Shown here in pieces: positions 32,348 through 42,975 of a DNA stretch of 64,000 bases. A program made the translations under genes and the position numbers. The stretch's first letter is position 1, and each line of letters begins with the position of its first letter. Source of the stretch: Acidobacteriota bacterium (GTDB taxonomy: Bacteria > Acidobacteriota > UBA6911 > RPQK01 > JADFOI01); the NCBI GenBank assembly GCA_963663035.1, contig OY760074.1, forward strand, positions 2,304,001 through 2,368,000, written 5' to 3'. The notes under the pieces are model-generated. The model was not told the DNA's origin, ran no database searches, and was given only the letters and a program-made list of their open reading frames with translations.

Positions 32348-33986
32348 CCGCAATTATTCATAAGTTTGGGGTGAGTGTCGATTTTCTGCGGAAGTTCAGG
32401 GCTGAGAGTGTGTTCAGGTGCGATTACAAGGCGTCCAAGCTTGTTGAGCCGAATAGAGATGAAGCGAGAGCCCCTTCCGGAAACAGCTCGGCCCGCAGGG
32501 GGCTGTATATCTGTGTTGGCGCAGGGAGTCAGGGGACCGTCAGGTGGGACACAGACGGTGCATCAGTAATGCGAAGAGCTTTTGTTCGGGATAAGACGAT
32601 GCCAGGTGCACCCAGATGCGACGAGAAGTTTCCCGAACCCGGGCACCGATTTTGAACAGGCGGCGGCGGAGCGTCTCAATCTCCAGGTTGTGCCAGGGAG
32701 TCCCGCACAGGTAATCCCGCAGGCGCAGGATTAAGACATAGGCCAGGGCGTGGATGAAGAGTCGGAACTGGTTGGCCAGGAAACGGTGGCAGCTCAAGCG
32801 ATCCATGGCCAGATCTTTTTTGAAAGCTTTCACGAAGTTCTCGCACTGGCCCCGTCCGATGTAGTGGTCATACAGCTGCCCGGCCGTGAGATCCTGGCGG
32901 TTGGTGACCACAAAGCGACGGTTGAACCCGCGCTCGCTCACTTCCACCTTGGCCACCATGCGCCGCTCCCGGTCCCAACTGTCGGCCTGATAGACGAGCT
33001 CGGTGAACTGGCGTTGCTTTTCTCCTGAGTCGTCATAGTCTGCTTGCACCTGCTCAACCAAGGGCTCGACGGTGGCCGCCAGCCGGGAGTTGCGGGCAAA
33101 GCCCACCACATACTGCAGTTTTTCCTCCTCACAGAACTCGTACAGTGCCGGCGTCGCAAAGCCACTGTCGGCTCGCACTTCGATCGGAACATCGGATCCC
33201 AGAACCTGGCGCATCCGGGCCACCACCCGTTTGAGAACCGCCACCGCGTGGGCGGCCGCCCCCTGGTTGCCGGGCCGCAGTAGCGCACATACCAGATCGC
33301 CCGTCTCGCCATCGAATAGCAGCAGCGGATGATACATGTGCTCGCGATAATAGCCGTGGTAAAAGCTGAACTCCTGCTGCCCATGCGTGACGTCATCCGT
33401 GCTGTCGATGTCCAGGATGATCTTCTCGGGCCGGCTCTTCTTGCGGTGCTTCAAGTAGGTCTCCAGCAGCCACTGTCCCAGGCGAGTGAGATCCTTCGAG
33501 TCCACCGAGTTCTCCAGTCGCGACAGCGTGGGTTGAGAAGCCAGATCCGGATCGCTTTCCGGCAGCCGATCACACACGGTCTTGAAGATGGGATCCGAGC
33601 GCAAGCTGTCGGCATCGTTGCAGTCCTCATAGCCGGCCACGATCTGAAAGCTGCGCTGGGTGAGCAGTTCGCGAATCTGGTGGCGGACGTAGCGGCTATC
33701 TCGAGCGTCCTTCAGGCAGGAGGCAAAGCCAGCCGTCAGTCCGTGCTGTTGATCCAGGGCGTACAGACACAGCAGCCCGGCATCGGAGGAGAGCCGGCCT
33801 CCATCGAATCGAGCCACCACTTTTCTGTCAGGGTGAGATGGCAAGTTGATCTGGCAGACTGATGCATCGCTGGGCCGTACCTTTTTGGTTTGGAGTTGTT
33901 TCATAACCCCTTTTATATCAAAGAGGTACGGCATCTTTTTGTGCCCTCGATCAGACCCCTTCTTCAGAATTTATGAATAATCCGGG
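32348..33986 (-). mobile_element. IS1380 family copy 2, 1639 bp
   Basis: Near-identical to 7293-8931; target duplication TTAG. Confidence 0.93.
32540..33934 (-). CDS. IS1380 family DDE transposase
   Basis: Same protein as 7485-8879. Confidence 0.93.
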   Translation of the reverse strand: MPYLFDIKGVMKQLQTKKVRPSDASVCQINLPSHPDRKVVARFDGGRLSSDAGLLCLYALDQQHGLTAGFASCLKDARDSRYVRHQIRELLTQRSFQIVAGYEDCNDADSLRSDPIFKTVCDRLPESDPDLASQPTLSRLENSVDSKDLTRLGQWLLETYLKHRKKSRPEKIILDIDSTDDVTHGQQEFSFYHGYYREHMYHPLLLFDGETGDLVCALLRPGNQGAAAHAVAVLKRVVARMRQVLGSDVPIEVRADSGFATPALYEFCEEEKLQYVVGFARNSRLAATVEPLVEQVQADYDDSGEKQRQFTELVYQADSWDRERRMVAKVEVSERGFNRRFVVTNRQDLTAGQLYDHYIGRGQCENFVKAFKKDLAMDRLSCHRFLANQFRLFIHALAYVLILRLRDYLCGTPWHNLEIETLRRRLFKIGARVRETSRRIWVHLASSYPEQKLFALLMHRLCPT

Positions 33987-34022
33987 TTAGGAGTGACCTG
34001 CCCCCACGAACGAGTCCACCCT

Positions 34023-35063
34023 CTATGCTAGACCCGGGACCATTTGAAGTCCACTCCAAGGGATTGGATCCAGTGCCTGCGACCTAGGTAGTTTGGCCTC
34101 TGGCGCCGGCGGCCGATAGGCCAAGGCGCTGTGAGGCCGGATCTGATTGTAATCCCTCCGCCAGCGTTCTACCAACACCTTGGCTTCCCCCAGCGTGTCG
34201 AAGATCTCCATGTTCAGCAGCTCATCCCGTAGTTTCCCGTTGAAACTCTCAATGTACCCATTCTCCCAGGGGCTGCCCGGCTCGATGTACAAGGTCCTTA
34301 CCCCAACAGCCTGCAGCCAGTCCCGGACCGCCTGTGCCGTAAACTCCGATCCGTTATCGGACCGGATAAACTCAGGCACTCCCCGATCAACGAATAACTC
34401 CGCCAGCCGGTCCAACACGTCTTGGCGATTCATCTGCCGTTTCACATCAATGGCGAGGCACTCTCTGGTGTACTCATCCAGGATCGTCAATAGCCGAAAG
34501 GCTCGCCCATCATGGGTCCGTTCATGCACGAAATCATAGCTCCAGACGTGGTTCTTGCGAGCCGCTCGTAACCGAACACAGGAACCGTCATTAAGCCACA
34601 GCCTCCTTCGTTTCGGCTGTCTGGACGGGACTTTCAGCCCTTCTTGTCTCCACAGCCTCTCCACCCGCTTAGGATTCACCTTCCACCCTTCCCCATGAAG
34701 TATCGCCGTGACCCGCCGGTAGCCATAACGCCCGTATTGCGTAGCCAACTCCACCATCCGGGCCACCAATCGGGCCTCATCATCGGGAATTTGCCTTTCC
34801 CTTCGCTGGGTCGATCGAACCTGTCCCAGCACTTGGCAGGCCCGACGTTCGGAGACTCGCTCTGCTCCTAATCGCTCTCGTACCCACATCACCGCTCGTC
34901 TCCTGTTCGCCGGGCCTAGAAGTTTCCCGAGGACACTTCCTTCAGGATCTGCTTGTCCAAAGACAGATCCGCCACCAGCTTCTTCAACCGGGTATTCTCC
35001 TTCTCCAACACCTTCAACCTCTTGGCCTGGTCCAACCGGAGCCCTCCGTACTCTTTGCGCCAC
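34023..35063 (-). CDS. IS3 transposase OrfB
   Basis: DDE motifs. Confidence 0.9.
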   Translation of the reverse strand: MAQRVRRAPVGPGQEVEGVGEGEYPVEEAGGGSVFGQADPEGSVLGKLLGPANRRRAVMWVRERLGAERVSERRACQVLGQVRSTQRRERQIPDDEARLVARMVELATQYGRYGYRRVTAILHGEGWKVNPKRVERLWRQEGLKVPSRQPKRRRLWLNDGSCVRLRAARKNHVWSYDFVHERTHDGRAFRLLTILDEYTRECLAIDVKRQMNRQDVLDRLAELFVDRGVPEFIRSDNGSEFTAQAVRDWLQAVGVRTLYIEPGSPWENGYIESFNGKLRDELLNMEIFDTLGEAKVLVERWRRDYNQIRPHSALAYRPPAPEAKLPRSQALDPIPWSGLQMVPGLA

Positions 35064-35194
35064 CGGTAGTAGGTCTGCTCGCTCACCCCCATCTGCTTCG
35101 ACACCTGTCCCACCCTCTGTCCTTGGGCCAGACCCACCTCTGCCTCACGCAGCTTCATGATGATCTGTTCTGCCCTAAACCGCTTCCCTGCCAT
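34916..35194 (-). CDS. IS3 transposase OrfA
   Basis: Identical to the other copies. Confidence 0.9.
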   Translation of the reverse strand: MAGKRFRAEQIIMKLREAEVGLAQGQRVGQVSKQMGVSEQTYYRWRKEYGGLRLDQAKRLKVLEKENTRLKKLVADLSLDKQILKEVSSGNF

Positions 35195-35308
35195 CCTTGC
35201 CTCCTTCCTAAACCGGAAATCCTAACATTCAAACTGGACTCGTTTTAGGGGGCAAGGTCAGGAGGACTGACGTGTCTCCCCTCATTCCTGGTTACAATTT
35301 GGAAAAAA

Positions 35309-36427
35309 ATGAACTATCGATTCAGCCTCCTTTGGACAAGTTTTCTTGTCCTATCCACGCTACCCTCGCTGGCCGATGTTTTGATCCTGCAGGGGGGACG
35401 CAAGGTAGAAGGAACCTTCATCAGAGCTGACGCTCGTACAATGCAGTTTCTGGGAGAAGACGGCCAGGTGGAAAGCTTTCCAATTTCTGATCTGACCACT
35501 CTAATCTTTGGAAATCAGAAAGTCGCAACCCCCGCCTCCCCACCCACTGTACTCTCCGATTCCTACACGGTGCCGAAAGGAACGGTCCTGGTCGTCCGCA
35601 TGATCGACCCAGTCGATTCCGATCTCAACAAACCAGGAGAGAGTTTTCGCGCCACTCTGGAGGAGCCCGTGATGCTCTCAGGACGAGCCCTGGCACCGAA
35701 AGGCAGCGCTGCGACAGTAGAGCTGGTCCACGTCAAACAGTCCGGGAAGCTGAGGGGTCAGGATGAGATCGCCCTGCAGCTTCGCAGCATTAGGGTGAAT
35801 GACAAGACCTATCCGCTGACCAGTCAATTCGCCCAACTCCAAAGCGAAAGCAAGGGAGAGCAAACCGCCAAGGTTGTGGGTGGGACTGCGGCAGTAGGTG
35901 CCTTGATTGGGGCCATTACCGGCGGGAAGAAAGGCGCTGCAATTGGCGCCGCTGCAGGAGCTGGTGCAGGGACTGCCCTACAGTTGGCTCGCGGCCAGCA
36001 GGTCAACGTATCTTCGGAAGCCTTGCTAACCTTCACCCTCGACGAGTCCTTAGCCTTTGAAGTCAAGAGGCCGGGAGATGACAAAGCACAAGAGGATGCT
36101 CTCCAGGTTGCTGAAGGCCGTGCTTTCGGAAAGCGGCAAGAAGAGATCATTCGTGACTGGTTTTCCAACCAGAGACACCGCCGCGACCTGCCCCCCGGAT
36201 TAGCCAAACGGAATCAGCTTCCTCCCGGACTGGAGCAGCACATGCGAAAGAATGGAGCGCTACCAGCGGGACTGGAAAGACACCTCCAGCCCCTGCCAAA
36301 GCCTCTGGTCCGCTTATTGCCCAGGGTCCCAAGTCAAGTAGGACGCGGGGTTATTGGACCTCACGTTGTCCTTCTCGAGATAGGGACGAACAGGATCCTG
36401 GATATTCTTGCAGACGTCATATTTTAA
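35309..36427 (+). CDS. secreted protein with glycine zipper and LPPGL repeats
   Basis: Signal peptide; GALIGAITGGKKGAAIGAAAGAGAG; LPPGLAKR/LPPGLEQH/LPAGLERH. Confidence 0.75.
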   Translation: MNYRFSLLWTSFLVLSTLPSLADVLILQGGRKVEGTFIRADARTMQFLGEDGQVESFPISDLTTLIFGNQKVATPASPPTVLSDSYTVPKGTVLVVRMIDPVDSDLNKPGESFRATLEEPVMLSGRALAPKGSAATVELVHVKQSGKLRGQDEIALQLRSIRVNDKTYPLTSQFAQLQSESKGEQTAKVVGGTAAVGALIGAITGGKKGAAIGAAAGAGAGTALQLARGQQVNVSSEALLTFTLDESLAFEVKRPGDDKAQEDALQVAEGRAFGKRQEEIIRDWFSNQRHRRDLPPGLAKRNQLPPGLEQHMRKNGALPAGLERHLQPLPKPLVRLLPRVPSQVGRGVIGPHVVLLEIGTNRILDILADVIF

Positions 36428-36476
36428 AGAGAAATGGAAAGCTACTTCGACTAATTTCAAACGAGGAGGATAGATC

Positions 36477-37871
36477 ATGAACTGTTTTTCAAAAACCTTT
36501 TCAATCCTGGGATTGAGTGCCCTGATGGCGGCTCCTCTCCTGGCTACCCCGGCCGAGGTCGAACTCGAGGTCATTAACTTTGCCGAGCGCCACAAGGTGG
36601 AATTCGAGATGGTGCCGAGCTACCGGGTTCCCGGGGTGCGCATTAAAACCAAGGTGGAATTCGAGGAAGGCCAGAACCGCATCGAGATCTCCTGGGGTCA
36701 TATGCTGCCGGCTGTCGTTTTCGGCGGAGATGTCACCTGCTATGTTCTTTGGGCCGTCAATCGCGAAGGAACCTACGAGAACCTGGGTGAATTTTGGGTC
36801 CGGCCGGGAAGAAACTCCGACAAGATGGAATACTCGACTGGCCTGCGCAACTTCGCCTTGATGGTGACAGCCGAAGCCTATTATTTGGTCAGAAAGCCTT
36901 CTGAAATGGTGATCACCTACAACCGACCCAGCGAAGATTCCAGGGCGCCAGCCACCCCTCTGATCTTTAGTGACTTCGGCCCGCTGCCCAGATCCGATCG
37001 GGAGACGCTCGACCTGGCCACCTACGACAGCAAAGCCCCACTGGACATCATGCAGGCAGAAAGGGTTTTAGAGATCGCCAGAGGCCTGGGAGCGTCGCAG
37101 TATGCAGCGGACATTTATGCGGAGGCCGACATTCGCTTACAGCAGGCCAGACAAATGGCGAAGAATTCGCGTTCACAACGCGGAAGTCAGGAGTTCGCGC
37201 GCAAGTCGGTGGCGGCCAGCAATGACGCCATCCAGATTAGCCTGCGCCGCCAGGAGGCCGAGAAAGCTGAAGCGGAAGTGCGGGCCTCGCAGGTGAAACT
37301 GCGCGCCTCGCAATCGGAACTGGATCGCATCCAGCGCGATAAGACAGCCATCGAAACCGAAAAGTTTGCTCTGGAAGCGGCTCTGGGGGATCTGCGCCAG
37401 GAAGCCCAGCGACTGGAACGGGAGAAAGGTGTTCTCGAAGGTCGTTTGCAAGGCGCACTGTCACAGGTAGCCGAGACGCGTGAGTCGGCGCGTGGATACA
37501 TCATCAACCTGCCCGATATCCTTTTCGGCATCGGCGAGGCCACCCTCAAACCCGAAGCTCGTCAGATAATGGCCAGACTGGCAGGAATCCTGCTCATCAT
37601 GCAGGATCACAGCCTGCAGGTGGAAGGACACACTGATTCCACGGGCTCGTACCAATTAAACCAATCACTCTCGGAGAACCGTGCTCAGGCAGTGGTCAAT
37701 TTTATGGCTCAGCAGGGAATCGATGGGGAGCGGATGAGAGCCACTGGCTATGGTTTCGATCGGCCCATCGCAGACAATTTCACCCCTCAAGGCCGCAGCC
37801 AAAACCGGAGGGTCGAGATAATTCTCTCCGACACAGAAATGGCAGGCCTACCGGGTTCATACGATCGATAG
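36477..37871 (+). CDS. OmpA family protein with coiled coil
   Basis: VEGHTDSTG, NQSLSENRA, NRRVEI. Confidence 0.9.
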   Translation: MNCFSKTFSILGLSALMAAPLLATPAEVELEVINFAERHKVEFEMVPSYRVPGVRIKTKVEFEEGQNRIEISWGHMLPAVVFGGDVTCYVLWAVNREGTYENLGEFWVRPGRNSDKMEYSTGLRNFALMVTAEAYYLVRKPSEMVITYNRPSEDSRAPATPLIFSDFGPLPRSDRETLDLATYDSKAPLDIMQAERVLEIARGLGASQYAADIYAEADIRLQQARQMAKNSRSQRGSQEFARKSVAASNDAIQISLRRQEAEKAEAEVRASQVKLRASQSELDRIQRDKTAIETEKFALEAALGDLRQEAQRLEREKGVLEGRLQGALSQVAETRESARGYIINLPDILFGIGEATLKPEARQIMARLAGILLIMQDHSLQVEGHTDSTGSYQLNQSLSENRAQAVVNFMAQQGIDGERMRATGYGFDRPIADNFTPQGRSQNRRVEIILSDTEMAGLPGSYDR

Positions 37872-37946
37872 TCTCTAATTAGAGTGTCCAGCCCGCATTT
37901 CACACACCGGCTTTAGCCGGGATGATGTAGAGGAATGCGGGCAGGG

Positions 37947-38405
37947 TCACGCCTGGGAAGTCCACTGCAACTGTCCCTTGACCTTCAGTTCCACAGCAAT
38001 ATTGGTCTGACCCTGGGAGCCTGGCAAGGAGCGGTGGGCGATACCGCGCGGGATGAGCAGCATTTCCCCACGGTCGAGTTTAACCGTCCCCATCTCCGTC
38101 TCCCAGATGAAAGCCCCTTCCAGGCAGATGATCACTTCGTCGGCATCGTTGTTTCGATGCCAAAAGGACATGGCCTCCTTGGTCCGCTTGGAGAGATCGA
38201 TCCGAAGGTTCTCCGAAGTCGCCAGGGGCAAGGGAGTACCTTCGGCTTGGGCGTAGTTGGAAGGCTGGTATTTGGAATCAAAGAGGTTCACCTTGCGAAC
38301 TAATGTGGCGTCACCCTCCACGACCTCACACTTCACCGGAGGATGAGGCCTCTTGTAGTCAACATTCCGCCCATTGGTAGTAACCCTCTCGATGTACTCG
38401 GCCAT
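37947..38405 (-). CDS. cupin-domain protein
   Basis: WHRNNDADE and GEMLLIPRGIAHR cupin motifs. Confidence 0.8.
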   Translation of the reverse strand: MAEYIERVTTNGRNVDYKRPHPPVKCEVVEGDATLVRKVNLFDSKYQPSNYAQAEGTPLPLATSENLRIDLSKRTKEAMSFWHRNNDADEVIICLEGAFIWETEMGTVKLDRGEMLLIPRGIAHRSLPGSQGQTNIAVELKVKGQLQWTSQA

Positions 38406-38495
38406 AAGCAGTTCCTCCCTTTGGTGTGCCTCCCGACACCTTACACCAACCCAGAAGTCAAAGAAACCGGTCTGGAGTCTCTTGATCGGCTAGAG

Positions 38496-38640
38496 CCCGG
38501 ATTATGCATAGGTTTTCGTAGCGAGGCGCCAAAAACGCCGTCCTGACCAGGCGCGCGAGGGGTACCCGCTTGCGGGTCGTGCAACGCAGTCAGGGCAGAT
38601 GCTTTGGACGCCACAGTAGAAAATCTATGCATAGTCCGGG
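38496..38640. mobile_element. MITE with IS1380-like termini
   Basis: IR CCCGGATTATGCATAG / CTATGCATAGTCCGGG; CTAGAG on both flanks. Confidence 0.78.
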
Positions 38641-38811
38641 CTAGAGCACCCGGATAGGCGGCATCTAGCACTGAGGCACCTTCCAATCGCAGCTGATTAA
38701 TGTAAGAGACCAAAACGAGGCACTGGGTGTTCTCCACCACCCCAGATGCGTCCTGATCCATGTTAGGATGGAAACTAGGCTAGTTCATTTAAAGCTAGCT
38801 CCATCATCACT

Positions 38812-41800
38812 ATGGAAGATCTTCTATTCTTTCTCCAGCACGTCGGTGAGGATCCAGCTCGGCTGATATTTGAAGACGAGCTGACCCGCATTTACAACCG
38901 CCGTTTCCTCAAGAACTACTTCGAACACAAAGTCAATTGGGATTCCCTGGAGACTGAACCGGTGTCGTTGCTCATGTTGGACGTGGACCATTTCAAGCAG
39001 ATCAACGACTCACACGGTCATGACATCGGCGATCAAGCGCTCGTCTGGGTAGCCGGACTGCTGACAAAAGTGGCAGGTGAGAGTGGCTTAGCCATCCGCT
39101 ATGCTGGTGATGAGTTTATGATTCTCCTGCCAGGTATTGATAGAGAAACGGCCGTTAAAGTGGGAAACGCACTAAACGTGCTGTCCCACGAGAGCCCCCC
39201 CCAGCTGGACCCCTCGGATATTGAGCTTTCCATCACCCTTAGCATAGGGGTGGCCTCCGCTCCTGAGGATGCTCAAAACAGCAAGGATCTCGTCCATAAG
39301 GTTGACGCTGCGCTCTACTTCGCAAAAAAGAGTGGGCGGGATTGCGTCGCCGACTCCCAGCAAGTTGCTCCCCAGGAAGTCTTTTCCAAGACCGCTCTCC
39401 AGCAATTGGACAAAGCCGCCCTTTCCGGCCGTGAGCATCAAAAACAAAGGGTGGGCGAAGCCCTGAAGAACTTCGTTGGAGGTGAAAACCAGTTTCTCAT
39501 CGTCGAAGGGCTCGACGGCATGGGTAAAAGCGAGTTTCTGAAAACTATTCGTCTGACCGAGGACGAGAACAAAATGTGGCAGATAGAGGTGAAGGGTAAC
39601 CTTCAGGAGAGGTTTCGCCCCTACTACCTGACCACCAACATCCTCATTGGTCTGATGAATCAGCAGCCCGACAGGACCAAAGAGATCTTAGATAACCTGA
39701 CTCCCAAGGAATTCGCCTATTTGTCCACCATTTTTCCTCAAATGGGCGAACCTGAAGCTCCCATTCCAGACAAAGGAGAAAGAAGTCAGCGTGAGGGACT
39801 ATTTGCTACTCTCGTCCATTTTATTCCAAAGCTCCTCGACTCCAACCCCCTTATTCTGCTCATTGATGATTTGCACTTCAGCGATGAGGCTACCCTTCTC
39901 CTGATCAGGAGGATGCTGTTGCGCCGGGACATTCCGCTTTTTATCTGTGGGACCTCTACACCTATCCAACAGGATGAAGTCCAAAGAGAGCCAGCCCCAC
40001 TCCAACGCTTTTTCGCCTCACATCATGAGGAACTGAACATCGTCACGGTACCTCTCACCCCGCTCACCACCACCGACATTGCTCAACATTTTCAGCAGAT
40101 TTTTCCTCAGGTGAGCTTGCCCGAGAAATTTGAGGAGCATTTGGCCCAGGTGACTCAGGGAAATCCTCTCTTTATCGGCGAGATCCTGCGTAAGCTGGCC
40201 CTCGACGGCAAAGTCATCAACCTTCCTGGAAACAAGAGTGTTATCGAACCGTTTGAGGAAGACTATCTGCCGAGATCGTTGGATGAGATTGTCAGTGAAA
40301 AAATCGCTGTCCTTGATGAGGAGAGTCGACAGATACTCGACCAGGCCTCCACCTTTGGTGAGAATGTCTCGCTGAGTATGCTGACCGGGAATTCTGACAT
40401 CAGGGAAAGTAAAGTCCTGGAGTTTATCGATCAGGCGGTAGCTCAAGGTCTGATCAGCTCAGAGTATCAGAGCAACGATGAAACCATTCGCTTTTTGAGC
40501 AAACGCATTTTGAACCTCACCTACGGCAACATCCAGGAGGATCGGAAACAGGAACTGCATGAGAGTATCGGCACCTACAAGGAATCCCTTTATAATCAAA
40601 AAATGCTCCCTTCGGCTGCCAGCCTTGCTTACCATTTTCGGCTCTCGGCAAATGAGGAAAAGGCCAGGCTTTACAGCGAACTGACAGGGGCACAAGACGA
40701 ACAAATTTTCAGTTCGGAAGAGGCAGTCAACTACACAGGAGAGGAGTTACCAGAACCCTCCACCACAAAACTCCGTGTCCTGTATTCATTGGATCGCAAC
40801 GTCGCGGCCCATGTCCCGGAGGTTATTAGTGCACTCCTCACCGCTCTTCATGAGATGGAACTCAACCCACCCGGCAGCCAAGCCGTCCTGAGCGCTACGA
40901 GCCAGCTCAAGCAATCGATCGACACAGTTCTGGAGGACCACCCAGACCTCCATCTCACCCATGCACAACAGTCTCTTGAGGTGAACGGTGAACGAGTGGA
41001 TGTGTCTGACTACAAACCCACAGCCGAAGCCTTTGTCCAGCTCATGAGTCGTTTACAGCTGCGAGGTATTGGTTTCTTTCCAGATCTCACCGAGCAGGAG
41101 CTCACGGCGATGCTGGAAGCCATTGGAGGGATAAGCAGCAAAGAGATAGATGAGGATTTCTGGCGACGTTTTACAGTCGAACAGGATCTTCTTCATCTTG
41201 AGCTCAAACAGACGCGCATCAGCGCCATTGCTGGGCTAGACGGGGATCCAGAGCTGGGGACGTTTCAGGCCAAGTCCCAGGAGCACTTCGTTAGTGTACT
41301 CAGCCCAAGTGATGGCGCATTGGTCCCTGGGATCCCCACCTTGGATGACCAGGATTCGCCAGATAGTGTCGGGGAGAAGGAGCCCGTTGAGGAAGCTCCG
41401 TTGCAGCCCGAGCTGGAGCCGGAGGTGATTCGACAGGAGGCTGTCCCAGAGCTGAAGATTTCCCCTGGATTAGTGAAGCTCACAGATGAGTTCCTTGAGT
41501 CAGCGTCCCACAAGCTGAGCGATCTCCTGCTGAAAGGTGATGAGGTCGAGGCTGGGAAAATAATTGACCAGTTCTTCCTGCCATTTGCACGTCAGACTGT
41601 ACAGCTCCGGACAAAAGTCATCCATATCTGTGGAAATTTACTGAAAGATCCGGGCCTGACCTCTCAACCTCAAGTGCTGGAGCTACTGACAGATCCGCTT
41701 CTGGTTGTTGTGGCGGAAGAGGAAGATCCCCGGCTTCGTGGAGAAATAGGTGGGCTAGTTTCCCAAACTGCGGCCAATCTGATCCAGTTTGGTGAGTACG

Positions 41801-42705
41801 GACGAGCGGGGCGAGTCCTGATGCGTCTGCAGAAGCGCCAGCAACAACTGGAGGAAAGACGCGATCCAAGGGCCGAGCCGGAGAGATTGGTTGACACTCA
41901 AGAGCTGGACCAAAAAACCAAAGAGTTAGTTCTGGAGGATCTGAAATCCCAGGAATCCACCCGGATGCAGGAAGCCACCCAACTCCTCGGCGGGCTAGGC
42001 CCAAAAGCTTTGCCCTTGCTTATTGAGATCATCAAAAAGGAAAATGATCCTCGCGTGCGACAGATAGCTTGCCAACTGCTGAGCGAGCTGGGACCGGAGG
42101 CCCCCCAGCTTCTCAAACGTGAACTGGTGCTAGAGGGCTTCGCCGAACAGCGCGTGCGAATCCTGGAGGTGATCGACAATATCACTCGAGATCTGAGAAA
42201 GGAGCTGGCCTTCTCTCTAGAGGATGAGAGTCCTAGAGTACGGCGAGCCGCATTTCTTCTTGTGGAGCGCTTAAACGACGAGCGTCTCACACCACTACTG
42301 TTCGATCATGCCAAGCACGCAGACGCGACCATAGCGGTGGCGGCCATTAAGTCCTTGGGGAAGCTCAAACCCGCCGGAGCAGTGAAGGTGCTTGTCCTCC
42401 TACTCGATTCTGCCAAGGAGACTGAGCACGTTATCGCCGCCTGCCGGGCGCTGGGACAGATAGCTGATCCAGCGAGTATTGAGCCACTGGCCAGGATCAT
42501 ATCCACGGGAGGCTTTTTCTCGTTCCAGAAAAAGAGGAGTCCCCTGGTACGTGCCACCGCTGCTTTCGCTCTGGCCCAAATAGCTGATCCTCGAGTGGTC
42601 AAGATCCTGGCCCGGCACATGGAAGACAGCGACTCGCGGATTCGACAGACTGCCCGTGAAATTGTGACCAACCAGCACTCGTCCTCTGCCGCCCATGGAC
42701 GATAG
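38812..42705 (+). CDS. diguanylate cyclase-AAA ATPase-HEAT repeat multidomain protein
   Basis: DELTRIYNRR, RYAGDEF, Walker A GLDGMGKS, Walker B LLIDDLH, TQGNPLF, C-terminal HEAT repeats. Confidence 0.85.
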   Translation: MEDLLFFLQHVGEDPARLIFEDELTRIYNRRFLKNYFEHKVNWDSLETEPVSLLMLDVDHFKQINDSHGHDIGDQALVWVAGLLTKVAGESGLAIRYAGDEFMILLPGIDRETAVKVGNALNVLSHESPPQLDPSDIELSITLSIGVASAPEDAQNSKDLVHKVDAALYFAKKSGRDCVADSQQVAPQEVFSKTALQQLDKAALSGREHQKQRVGEALKNFVGGENQFLIVEGLDGMGKSEFLKTIRLTEDENKMWQIEVKGNLQERFRPYYLTTNILIGLMNQQPDRTKEILDNLTPKEFAYLSTIFPQMGEPEAPIPDKGERSQREGLFATLVHFIPKLLDSNPLILLIDDLHFSDEATLLLIRRMLLRRDIPLFICGTSTPIQQDEVQREPAPLQRFFASHHEELNIVTVPLTPLTTTDIAQHFQQIFPQVSLPEKFEEHLAQVTQGNPLFIGEILRKLALDGKVINLPGNKSVIEPFEEDYLPRSLDEIVSEKIAVLDEESRQILDQASTFGENVSLSMLTGNSDIRESKVLEFIDQAVAQGLISSEYQSNDETIRFLSKRILNLTYGNIQEDRKQELHESIGTYKESLYNQKMLPSAASLAYHFRLSANEEKARLYSELTGAQDEQIFSSEEAVNYTGEELPEPSTTKLRVLYSLDRNVAAHVPEVISALLTALHEMELNPPGSQAVLSATSQLKQSIDTVLEDHPDLHLTHAQQSLEVNGERVDVSDYKPTAEAFVQLMSRLQLRGIGFFPDLTEQELTAMLEAIGGISSKEIDEDFWRRFTVEQDLLHLELKQTRISAIAGLDGDPELGTFQAKSQEHFVSVLSPSDGALVPGIPTLDDQDSPDSVGEKEPVEEAPLQPELEPEVIRQEAVPELKISPGLVKLTDEFLESASHKLSDLLLKGDEVEAGKIIDQFFLPFARQTVQLRTKVIHICGNLLKDPGLTSQPQVLELLTDPLLVVVAEEEDPRLRGEIGGLVSQTAANLIQFGEYGRAGRVLMRLQKRQQQLEERRDPRAEPERLVDTQELDQKTKELVLEDLKSQESTRMQEATQLLGGLGPKALPLLIEIIKKENDPRVRQIACQLLSELGPEAPQLLKRELVLEGFAEQRVRILEVIDNITRDLRKELAFSLEDESPRVRRAAFLLVERLNDERLTPLLFDHAKHADATIAVAAIKSLGKLKPAGAVKVLVLLLDSAKETEHVIAACRALGQIADPASIEPLARIISTGGFFSFQKKRSPLVRATAAFALAQIADPRVVKILARHMEDSDSRIRQTAREIVTNQHSSSAAHGR

Positions 42706-42738
42706 GGAGCGGACTTGAACCGCTGAGCCCCCTGCTTC

Positions 42739-42938
42739 GTGCCTCGCTTCATGAAGACGGTGACATTGGCTGATGGGTCTTGCGAGGCGAGGTCAAGGAG
42801 CGAGGAGGAGGAGATTTCAGGGACATCGTCGACGACGAGGGACACAGAGATCGCCCGCAACCCCCATCAGCCCGAAGGGTGGCGGCGGGACGGCGTCGCG
42901 CTCGCCACAAACGTCATCGTATTCATGAAACGAGGCAC
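42739..42938. mobile_element. 200-bp MITE-like element
   Basis: Terminal IR GTGCCTCGCTTCATGAAGACGGTGAC / GTCATCGTATTCATGAAACGAGGCAC; no transposase. Confidence 0.7.
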
Positions 42939-42975
42939 TTAGACCCGTTTGACAGAGGTAGGCAGGAAAGATAGT

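Larger units (their letters stand above)
33994..35260 (-). mobile_element. IS3 family copy 3, 1267 bp
   Basis: Same IRs; 4-bp target duplication GGAG. Confidence 0.95.

Noticed and set aside
37909-37922. CCGGCTTTAGCCGG palindrome as a REP element
   Set aside because: Single short occurrence between convergent genes; not enough evidence.
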